From assembly GCA_049688015.1 (NCBI GenBank), contig JBAVJZ010000068.1:1-55644 (forward strand): DNA of 55,644 nucleotides, given 5' to 3'. This document shows, one piece after another, positions 20,870 through 28,276 of this stretch (the stretch's first letter is position 1; each line of letters begins with the position of its first letter). The translations under genes were made by a program, and so were the position numbers. The notes beneath the pieces were generated by a model that was given only the letters and a program-made list of their open reading frames with translations, was not told the DNA's origin and made no database searches. The DNA is from Candidatus Deferrimicrobiaceae bacterium (GTDB lineage: Bacteria > Desulfobacterota > Deferrimicrobia > Deferrimicrobiales > Deferrimicrobiaceae).

Positions 20870-21280
20870 TTACCTTGTCTTTTCCGTCGGATACCCGGCG
20901 GAGACCCATCCGTACCAGCCTCCCTTCAGGGCATACACCTTCCCGAAGCCGAGACTTTTCAGCCTGAGCGCCACCCGGGCGCTCGTTGCCTCGTCGACTC
21001 AGGAGCAGTAGAGGACGATCTTCTTGTCCTTCGGGTATTTCGGGGCCCAGTTCGAAACGTTTTCGGGGTCTTCGTACACCGACCCCGTGATCCTTATCGG
21101 AGCGTTTCCCCCGCCTAAACGGACGTCGAGGATGACGACTTCCGGGCTGCCCAGAAGCGTTTTCAGCTCCTCCTTCGTCATTCTGGGAACATCGTCCCCA
21201 CCCGCCGCGACCACCGGTGCCTGCCAGGCGAAAATCCCTGCAAGCACGGCGACGATCAGCGCACCCAGTATCCGCTTCAT
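20870..21280 (-). CDS. secreted single-domain rhodanese selenoprotein, UGA at 20999..21001 read as Sec
   Basis: ORF 20999..21334 ends '...KKIVLYCS' + TGA in the rhodanese active-site loop. Read-through gives 42 more codons, 'VDEATSARVALRLKSLGFGKVYALKGGWYGWVSAGYPTEKTR', then TAA at 20870..20872. This completes the C-terminal half of a rhodanese domain. Signal peptide 'MKRILGALIVAVLAGIFAWQAPVVAA'. ATG at 21278..21280 with a GGGAGG RBS. Confidence 0.8.
20966..20984 (-). promoter_or_regulatory. candidate bacterial SECIS hairpin for the rhodanese selenoprotein
   Basis: RNA GAGCGCC-CGGGU-GGCGCUC forms a 7-bp perfect stem with a GGU-containing apical loop. It starts 15 nt 3' of the UGA. Confidence 0.6.
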
Positions 21281-21373
21281 GAACCGACCTCCCGTATTCG
21301 TCCGATACTTTTTTTGGAGCGGAAAACCGGCCACCGGGTTTCCTCCGCAGGATTCGGACGTCCTGCTGCGTTC

Positions 21374-22012
21374 CTATATCTTGCGGATGAGATATACCCC
21401 GTCCCGTACGGGGAGCATCACCTTCTCGACCCGGTCGTCGCTCATCACTCTGCGGTTGAAGGATACGATAGCCCGGGAATCGCCGTCTTCCGGGGAGAGA
21501 ACCCGTCCGTACCAAAGCACGTTGTCGGCGGCGATCAGCCCCCCGCCCCGGAGGATCCGGACGCTTTCCTCGTAATAATGGGAATAGCCCCCCTTGTCGG
21601 CGTCGATGAAGACAAAATCGACGCTCCCGTCGGGGACCCCGCGCAGCGTCTCGGCGGCGGGACCCAGGACAAGGCGGATCTTTCGTCCGTGCGGGCTTCT
21701 GTCAAAGTACTTCCGGGCGATGGTGGCGTACTCCTCCGAGACCTCGCACGTAACAAGCTCCCCGTCCGCAGGGAGACCTTCCGCCATCATGAGTGCGGAG
21801 TACCCGGTGAAGGTCCCGATCTCCATCACTTTCCTCGCCCCCGAGAGCTTGACCAGCATGCGGAGGAAGGCACCTTCGACACGGCCGGTCAGCATCCCGG
21901 GGTGGCCCGTCCGCTCCCGCGTCTCCCGATCGAGTTCCTCGAGAAGGGGCGACACGGGACCGACATGCTTCTCGACATAGCGCCTCAGGTCTTCGGGAAG
22001 AAACATTTCCAT
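21374..22012 (-). CDS. class I SAM-dependent O-methyltransferase (caffeoyl-CoA OMT-like)
   Basis: 'VMEIGTFTGYSAL', 'DFVFIDADKGGY', 'GGLIAADNVLW'. ATG at 22010..22012 with an AAGGAG 7 nt upstream. Confidence 0.85.
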   Translation of the reverse strand: MEMFLPEDLRRYVEKHVGPVSPLLEELDRETRERTGHPGMLTGRVEGAFLRMLVKLSGARKVMEIGTFTGYSALMMAEGLPADGELVTCEVSEEYATIARKYFDRSPHGRKIRLVLGPAAETLRGVPDGSVDFVFIDADKGGYSHYYEESVRILRGGGLIAADNVLWYGRVLSPEDGDSRAIVSFNRRVMSDDRVEKVMLPVRDGVYLIRKI

Positions 22013-22172
22013 GCGGATCTCCTTTCCCCTCCCCACCGGGGACACTCCTATATCGGATTGTACGTCGAGGGGTGTCCCCGCAAACACGATACAATGAAAC
22101 CGGCCCACATCGACTCGGGTGGGAACCTTTTTTCTCCCCGGGGACCGCTGTCAAGGAGGAAGAAGCGGTTCC

Positions 22173-22499
22173 ATGACCGGATCGGAAAAACCTGTCGTCC
22201 CTGCCGACAGGAAGGAAACGGTGCGCAGGAGGATCCTCTCCCTCCTCTCGGACCACTCCCTCACCGCACGGCAGATCTCCGCGGAGGTCGGCATTCCCGA
22301 AAGGGAGGCGTACGCACACATGCCCCACGTCAAACGAACCGTCGCCCGGCTCGGGGGCCGCCTGGTCGTCACTCCCGCGGAGTGCAGGCAATGCGGTTAC
22401 GTGTTCCGGAAGAGGGAGAGGCCGAACAGGCCGGGACGGTGCCCCGTCTGCCGGGGCGAATCGATCTCGGAGCCGCTCTTCGCCGTCTTGCCCAGGTGA
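22173..22499 (+). CDS. HTH domain fused to a Zn-ribbon, predicted transcriptional regulator
   Basis: 'RRRILSLLSDHSLTARQISAEVGIPEREAYAHMPHV' (wHTH) followed by 'CRQCGY...CPVCRG' (4-Cys ribbon). AAGGAGGA upstream. Confidence 0.65.
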   Translation: MTGSEKPVVPADRKETVRRRILSLLSDHSLTARQISAEVGIPEREAYAHMPHVKRTVARLGGRLVVTPAECRQCGYVFRKRERPNRPGRCPVCRGESISEPLFAVLPR

Positions 22500-22755
22500 T
22501 CCGCACCTTCCCCCGTTCCGGGAGGCGCGGCGGCCGGCCCCCCTTTTGCGGGAAGGATCTCCGCGTGAATCTTCCCCCCCCACCCCTTTGTCGTGACGGC
22601 GATCTCCCCTCAGGCGGAAAGGAGGACCGGCGGGAAGAGCAAAAAATGCAGGAAAGAGAAGAAGAAGGAAGGAATTCTGAAAACTCGTGAATTCTGGTAT
22701 ACGTATAGTACATCCAATATGCGAAACAGGGAAATCCGGACGCCGGGAGACGGAG

Positions 22756-23490
22756 ATGATCCGATTCGAAGGAGTCCACAAGTGGTTCGGGAAGCTCCAC
22801 GTGCTGAACGATGTCAACCTGCACGTCGAGAAGGGAGAGGTCGTGGTCGTCTGCGGCCCGTCCGGCTCCGGCAAGTCCACCCTCATCCGCACGATCAACC
22901 AGCTCGAGCCGATCGACAAGGGAAAGCTCATCGTTGACGGGATGGACCTTGCCGACCCGAAGGTGAACATCAACAAGCTCCGGGCTGAGGTGGGGTTCGT
23001 CTTCCAGCAGTTCAACCTGTATCCCCACCTCACGGCGCTCAGGAACATCACCCTCGCCCCCATCAAGATCCGCGGGACCCCCAAAAAGGAGGCGGAGGAG
23101 CAGGCGGTCGCGCTGCTCGAGCGGGTCGGCCTGGCGGAGAAGAAAGACGCCCACCCGTCCCAGCTCTCGGGAGGCCAGCAGCAGCGGGTTGCGATCGCGC
23201 GGGCGCTGGCGATGAAGCCGAAGATCATGCTCTTCGACGAGCCGACCTCGGCGCTCGATCCCGAGATGATCGGGGAGGTCCTCATGGTCATGACGGACCT
23301 GGCGGAATCCGGCATGACGATGATGGTGGTGACCCACGAGATGGGGTTCGCCCGCGAGGTGTCGCACCGGGTCTGCTTCATCGACTTCGGCACCATCCTC
23401 GAGGAGGCCCAGCCCGCCGAGTTCTTCAAGAACCCGAAACACGAACGGCTCAAGCAGTTCCTGAAGCAGGTGCTGTCGCCGATGCACTAA
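22756..23490 (+). CDS. polar amino-acid ABC transporter, ATP-binding protein
   Basis: Walker A 'GPSGSGKST', signature '[14 protein letters not shown]', Walker B '[12 protein letters not shown]'. ATG verified at 22756. Confidence 0.95.
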   Translation: MIRFEGVHKWFGKLHVLNDVNLHVEKGEVVVVCGPSGSGKSTLIRTINQLEPIDKGKLIVDGMDLADPKVNINKLRAEVGFVFQQFNLYPHLTALRNITLAPIKIRGTPKKEAEEQAVALLERVGLAEKKDAHPSQLSGGQQQRVAIARALAMKPKIMLFDEPTSALDPEMIGEVLMVMTDLAESGMTMMVVTHEMGFAREVSHRVCFIDFGTILEEAQPAEFFKNPKHERLKQFLKQVLSPMH

Positions 23491-23515
23491 ATCCCACGAG
23501 GGGAGGAGTACGACA

Positions 23516-24343
23516 ATGAGGAAAACGCTGACCATCGTACTGTCGCTTCTGTTGGTAGGAACCTTTTTCGTCGGTGCATCGCTGGCCGCCGACACACTGG
23601 ACGAAATCAAGGCAAGAGGGGTCCTGGTGGCGGGGGTGAAGGATTCCCTTCCCCCGTTCGGCTACATCGACCAGAAAACCCGCACGATCGTCGGGTACGA
23701 CATCGACTTCGTCAACGAGATCGCGAAACAGCTCGGGGTGAAGGTCGAGCTCAAGCCGGTGACCTCGGCGACCCGGATGCCCCAGCTCCAGGAGGGCAAC
23801 ATCGACATCATCGCCGCGACGATGACGAAGAACGTCGAGCGGGCCAAGGTGATCGACTTCAGCTACACCTACTTCCTGACGGGGCAGTCGTTCCTGGTCA
23901 AGAAGGGCACGGCCAATTCCCTGAAGGGCCTAGACGGGAAGAAGATCGGAACGGCCAAGGGCTCCACGTCGGAGCAAAACGCGAAAAAGGCGCTCCCGAA
24001 CTCGACGATCCTGTCGTTCGACGACTACCCGCAGGCCGTGCTGGCGCTGACGCAGGGGAAGGTCGCGGCGGTGACCACCGACGAGTCGATCCTGGCGGGG
24101 CAGCTGGCGAAGCTCCCGAAGGGGGAGTACGAGATCCCGAAATTCCGGATTTCCGAAGAGCCGTACGGGCTCGGCGTCCGGAAGGGGGACACGGTGTTCC
24201 TCGCATTCGTGAACAAAACGCTCCTGGAGATGGAAAAGAGCGGCCAGGCGAAGGCCATTTTCGAGAAGTGGTTCGGGCCGGACTCCGGTACGCCGCTCGA
24301 ACGGGACTTCACGATCTATGCGGACAAGCGGGGACTGGAATAG
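23516..24343 (+). CDS. amino-acid ABC transporter substrate-binding protein
   Basis: Signal peptide, then 'LVAGVKDSLPPFGY...GYDIDF...IDIIAATMT' (SBP_bac_3 pattern). GGGAGGAG RBS. Confidence 0.9.
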   Translation: MRKTLTIVLSLLLVGTFFVGASLAADTLDEIKARGVLVAGVKDSLPPFGYIDQKTRTIVGYDIDFVNEIAKQLGVKVELKPVTSATRMPQLQEGNIDIIAATMTKNVERAKVIDFSYTYFLTGQSFLVKKGTANSLKGLDGKKIGTAKGSTSEQNAKKALPNSTILSFDDYPQAVLALTQGKVAAVTTDESILAGQLAKLPKGEYEIPKFRISEEPYGLGVRKGDTVFLAFVNKTLLEMEKSGQAKAIFEKWFGPDSGTPLERDFTIYADKRGLE

Positions 24344-24362
24344 GCCGGGGAAGTAGCCCCGC

Positions 24363-25070
24363 ATGCTGAAATACAAGTTCGACTGGGCGGTCGTACTCTC
24401 GGGGAAGTATTTCGACTGGCTGGTATCGGGCGTCAAGGTCACGATCCAGCTCTCCGTGATTTCGATCGCCCTCGCTTTCCTCCTCGGGCTGATCATCGCG
24501 GTCATGCGGATGAGCAAGGTCCGCCCCGTCCGGTGGTTCGCCCTCGGATACCTCGAGTTTTTCCGTAACACGCCGCTGCTGGTCCAGATCTTCTTCTGGT
24601 ACTTCGGGTCGTACAAGGTGCTCCCGCAGGCGGTCAACGACTGGCTGGTCTCGACCGATTTCGAGTTCGCCTCCGCCGTGATCGCCCTGACGATCTACAC
24701 CTCGGCCTTCATCGCAGAGGACATCCGATCCGGAGTCCTCTCCATCCCGAAGGAGCAGATGGAGGCCGCCCGAAGCTCCGGCTTCTCCTTCCTCCGGTCC
24801 ATGCGGTACATCATTCTTCCCCAGGCGGTCCGGATCACCATCCCGCCGCTGATCAACCAGTTCCTGAATGTGGTGAAGAACTCTTCGCTGGCGATGACGA
24901 TCGGGGTGGCGGAGCTCACCTACCAGGCGAGGCAGGTGGAGAGCTACACGTTCAAGGGATTCGAGGCGTTCACGGCGGCCACCGTCGTGTATCTTGCCAT
25001 GTCGATCATCGTCACGATCACCGTCACCTGGTACAGCAAGACGATACTTTCCCCGCTGAAGGCGAGATGA
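24363..25070 (+). CDS. amino-acid ABC transporter permease
   Basis: His/Glu/Gln/Arg/opine permease pattern: 'FFRNTPLLVQIFFWYF', EAA-loop 'EAARSSGFSFLRSMRYIILPQA'. Confidence 0.9.
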   Translation: MLKYKFDWAVVLSGKYFDWLVSGVKVTIQLSVISIALAFLLGLIIAVMRMSKVRPVRWFALGYLEFFRNTPLLVQIFFWYFGSYKVLPQAVNDWLVSTDFEFASAVIALTIYTSAFIAEDIRSGVLSIPKEQMEAARSSGFSFLRSMRYIILPQAVRITIPPLINQFLNVVKNSSLAMTIGVAELTYQARQVESYTFKGFEAFTAATVVYLAMSIIVTITVTWYSKTILSPLKAR

Positions 25071-25071
25071 G

Positions 25072-25767
25072 ATGGGGCTCGATTTCCACGTCATCTGGGA
25101 CAACCTGACGTACTTTTTCATCGGGCGCTACCCGCACGGCCCGCTGGGAGGGGTGGCGCTCACCTTCTACCTCGCGGTCGTCTCCTGCATCCTCTCGTTC
25201 TTCGGGGGGCTGATCCTGGGGCTTCTGGCCATCTCCCGCAACCGTCTGATCCGGTACCCCTCGGAGGCGGTGATCCAGTGCGTGCGGGGGATGCCGCTCA
25301 TCATGGTCATCTTCTGGATGTATTTCCTCTACCCGGCCCTCATGGGGCGGGTGATGCCGGAGAGCCAGACCGTCATCCTGGCGCTCACCATCTTCACTTC
25401 CGCCTACATGTCGCAGATCGTCAAGGCGGGGATCGAAGGGATTCCGAAGGGGCAGACCGAGGCGGCGATCTCCACGGGCCTCACCCACCGGCACACCATG
25501 CTCTATATCATCCTCCCGCAGGCCCTGCGCAACATGATCCCGTCGTTCGTCAACCAGTTCGTGTCCCTCATCAAGGACACTTCGCTGGCTTTCATCGTCG
25601 GCGTCTCCGAGCTTACCCATGTCGCGACGCAGATCAACAACCGCACACTCATCTATCCCACCGAGATCTTCCTTTTCATCGCCGTCATCTACTTCATCTT
25701 CTGCTACGCGTTCACCACCCTCTCCCGGTGGCTCGAGAAACGCCTGGCCTGGGCAAAGGCGATCTGA
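25072..25767 (+). CDS. amino-acid ABC transporter permease
   Basis: 'RGMPLIMVIFWMYF', EAA-loop 'EAAISTGLTHRHTMLYIILPQALR'. Starts 1 nt after the preceding stop. Confidence 0.9.
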   Translation: MGLDFHVIWDNLTYFFIGRYPHGPLGGVALTFYLAVVSCILSFFGGLILGLLAISRNRLIRYPSEAVIQCVRGMPLIMVIFWMYFLYPALMGRVMPESQTVILALTIFTSAYMSQIVKAGIEGIPKGQTEAAISTGLTHRHTMLYIILPQALRNMIPSFVNQFVSLIKDTSLAFIVGVSELTHVATQINNRTLIYPTEIFLFIAVIYFIFCYAFTTLSRWLEKRLAWAKAI

Positions 25768-25775
25768 CGGGTCTT
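25764..25775. repeat. left arm of a 12-nt perfect inverted repeat (CTGACGGGTCTT)
   Basis: Its reverse complement, AAGACCCGTCAG, occurs at 25941..25952. This arm contains the permease stop codon. Confidence 0.7.
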
Positions 25776-25940
25776 TTTATAACTTATGAAACCCCCCTTG
25801 GCGGTCACGAAACGCGAGCCATAAAAGATCCTTTCCGAGTCACCTTTTCTGCAGGAGTACGGGTTCCGGCTCCACGCCGTGGTGGACGGGATGTGCCGGC
25901 TCCGCGTGCCGTTCCACGCGACCTTCGAGCGTCCCGGGGG

Positions 25941-25952
25941 AAGACCCGTCAG
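25941..25952. repeat. right arm of the 12-nt perfect inverted repeat (AAGACCCGTCAG)
   Basis: Pairs with 25764..25775. This arm contains the yeiH stop codon (minus strand). Confidence 0.7.
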
Positions 25953-26887
25953 TGGATGACGCCCTGCAGGACCGCGGTCAGGGAGAGGACGCCGACCAGC
26001 ACCCAGAGCAGGACGCCCTGGATCATGGGACGGAAACCCACTTTCTTCAGAACATCGGGCCCCAGCCCCGCCCCGATGAGAAACAGCGTGACCACGAGGC
26101 TCTGACGGGCCACGGCGGCGATGCCGTTCCACTCTGCCTTCAGACCGGGGAGCAGAGAACGGATCGCCGCGGCGGCGATGAACCCCAGGATGAAGAGCGG
26201 GAAGACCGCCTTCCCTTCCGACTTCCGGAACCATCCGTAGGCCAGTACGCACGGAGCGATCCACACGGCCCGGGAGAGCTTCACCGTGGTCCCGGTGGCA
26301 AGGGCGCCCAGGCCGTACGCGGATGCGGCGCCGACGACGCTGCTGGTGTCGTGGATGGCGATCCCGGCCCAGATCCCGAACGCATCCTGGCTCAACCGGA
26401 GGAGATGGCCGATGACGGGAAACAGGAAAAGCGCCACGGAATTGAGCGTGAAGATCGTGGCCATGGAAACGGCGACGTCCTCGTTCTCCGCCTGAATGAC
26501 GGGCGCCATTGCCGCGATGGCGCTGCCGCCGCAGATCGCAGTCCCGAAGGAAACCAGCGCGGAGGTCGATCCCCGCATCTTGAGAGCACGGCCCAGGAGC
26601 GTGCCGGCAGCCAGGGTGCAGGTGATTCCCACGAAGGTGTAGACGATGGAGTGTTTCCCGACGCGCAAGACCTCCGCGAGCTGCATGCCGAACCCCAGCC
26701 CCACGACGGAGATCTTGAGCAGCTGCTTGCTTGCGCGCGACGTCTTTTCGGGCCAGGGGTTCCCTACGAGAAGACTCAACGCCAGCCCCATGGCCAATCC
26801 CAGACCGGTGCTGACGAACGGGAGCGTGCACGCCGCCAGCAGGAGAAGAAACAGCGCTTTCCGAAAGTTCATCTTCCTGCCCTGCAT
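25949..26887 (-). CDS. yeiH: YeiH/UPF0324-family inner-membrane protein (putative sulfate exporter family)
   Basis: Polytopic membrane protein with 'GTAICGGSAIAA', 'IAIHDTSSVVGAA' and 'TVKLSRAVWI'. Start is at 26887 (AGGGGA RBS) or 26872. The ORF-track N-terminus to 27133 is not credible. Confidence 0.8.
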   Translation of the reverse strand: MQGRKMNFRKALFLLLLAACTLPFVSTGLGLAMGLALSLLVGNPWPEKTSRASKQLLKISVVGLGFGMQLAEVLRVGKHSIVYTFVGITCTLAAGTLLGRALKMRGSTSALVSFGTAICGGSAIAAMAPVIQAENEDVAVSMATIFTLNSVALFLFPVIGHLLRLSQDAFGIWAGIAIHDTSSVVGAASAYGLGALATGTTVKLSRAVWIAPCVLAYGWFRKSEGKAVFPLFILGFIAAAAIRSLLPGLKAEWNGIAAVARQSLVVTLFLIGAGLGPDVLKKVGFRPMIQGVLLWVLVGVLSLTAVLQGVIH

Positions 26888-27079
26888 GCGTATCCCCTGG
26901 CGTCCGCAACACGCCCGGAGGACACGCCGGATGCGTGGAATTTCTGATGCCGAAGGCGCATTATATCCCGAAACGCGCGGCAGATGCATCCGCCGCCGCG
27001 GAACGGTTTCACGGCGTTGCGGCCGCCCCGGCCCGTTGCCCGGGCATCGGTCCGCGTTGTTCGTGCGCCACCTGATACT

Positions 27080-27095
27080 ATGTCCTATAGGACAT
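27080..27095. promoter_or_regulatory. perfect 16-bp palindrome ATGTCCTATAGGACAT, probable operator
   Basis: Self-complementary over all 16 positions. Lies 15 nt upstream of the ATG at 27110, in the yeiH / thioesterase divergent region. Confidence 0.5.
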
Positions 27096-27109
27096 TGGGA
27101 GAGCCCATT

Positions 27110-27565
27110 ATGGTGAAAGCAGAAGACTTGCAAAAATATTTACATGAGTACATCCCGATCTCGAAAGCGATGGGAGTAGAGGTTTTAGAGGCGACAGTGA
27201 ACGGTGTTACATTGTGCGCTCCTCTTTACCCGAACATCAACCATCGAGAAACCGTTTTTGGCGGCAGTTCGACGGCGGTGGCAATTCTTTCCGCCTGGTC
27301 GTTACTCTATCTCCGACTGAAATGTGAAAACATAAACCGTCACATCGTGATTCAAAAAAGCACGATGACCTACGAATGCCCGATTACCGACATGTTTACC
27401 GCTTCCTCTGTCGTTCGCGACCCGGCGGCCTGGTTCCGATTTATCACCATGCTCAGGCGAAAGAATCGCGCAAGAATGAGGGTACACTCCATTCTGCACT
27501 GTAACGGCAGAAAAGTAGGGGAACTCGAGGGGGACTTCGTCGCATTCGATTCACCAACCGCCTGA
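27110..27565 (+). CDS. hotdog-fold thioesterase domain protein (YiiD C-terminal-like)
   Basis: 'IPISKAMGVEV...LCAPLYPNINHRETVFGGSSTAVAILSAWSLLYL' matches the PaaI/YiiD_C-type pattern. GGGAGAG RBS. A/T-rich codon usage, unlike the flanks. Confidence 0.65.
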   Translation: MVKAEDLQKYLHEYIPISKAMGVEVLEATVNGVTLCAPLYPNINHRETVFGGSSTAVAILSAWSLLYLRLKCENINRHIVIQKSTMTYECPITDMFTASSVVRDPAAWFRFITMLRRKNRARMRVHSILHCNGRKVGELEGDFVAFDSPTA

Positions 27566-27784
27566 CAACAGGTGGAAACGGACGGCTCGCACGGGACAGT
27601 AAGGGAGAACGGAAAGACATTGCGGATGTATCGGATCATCGACCGGATTCCCCCGACGACAGAACTTTCCCAAATTTCCCGAAAATCGTAATATGTCTTC
27701 TGGACGAGGGCAAAATCGCACATACGAGCGTTTGGTCCGGACCCGATCGAAACACAACACTTGGCCATACAGGGAGAAACCTTC

Positions 27785-28258
27785 ATGTGTAAACACCGAC
27801 TGTTTTCCGCCAAGGAGTGGCAGGCGCTCCAGTTCGCCGTTATTGATGTGTTCATGATGGTTTCCGAAATAGAAGGTTCAACGGGAATGGATGAGGAGGA
27901 GCAGAATGCGTTCATCGATCTTCTGGAGAACCCGGCATCGATCGAAAACACGCTCCTGCGTGAACTGCTTGCGTCGATAGCCCCTACGTGGAAACACATC
28001 CTCGATGCATATTATTCGCAATATCAGCTTAACGAGGCCTATTTCGCAGGATCCTTTGCCCGCGCCAGGGCGCTTGTCGACGGCAGGCTGGGCAAGGACG
28101 AGGCCCAGGCTTTCAAGGTGGCCCTCACTGCGCATTTTGGCGGCATCATCGCAAACGCTTCCGGGAATGCGGAACCCGGGATGGGCCGATTGAGCGATGA
28201 CGAAATCCAGGCGATAACCGCCATCGCGATTTGGCTCGGTTCGGATCCTTCGCGCTGA
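27785..28258 (+). CDS. hypothetical helical protein, tentatively TerB-like (two repeats)
   Basis: Two segments of the type hydrophobic-helix + 'G...(D/E)EE(I/Q)..' ('VFMMVSEIEGSTGMDEEEQNAFIDLL' and 'IIANASGNAEPGMGRLSDDEIQAITAIAIWLG'). AGGGAGAA RBS before the ATG at 27785. The family call is from memory only. Confidence 0.45.
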   Translation: MCKHRLFSAKEWQALQFAVIDVFMMVSEIEGSTGMDEEEQNAFIDLLENPASIENTLLRELLASIAPTWKHILDAYYSQYQLNEAYFAGSFARARALVDGRLGKDEAQAFKVALTAHFGGIIANASGNAEPGMGRLSDDEIQAITAIAIWLGSDPSR

Positions 28259-28276
28259 GAACATTGGCGGGAAAAG

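Noticed and set aside
27370-27999. 209-aa minus-strand ORF inside the A/T-rich islet.
   Set aside because: It overlaps the 3' end of the thioesterase gene and the 5' part of the TerB-like gene. Its translation is Ser/Cys-rich with no motif, and it has no SD-like sequence. The plus-strand genes are better supported.
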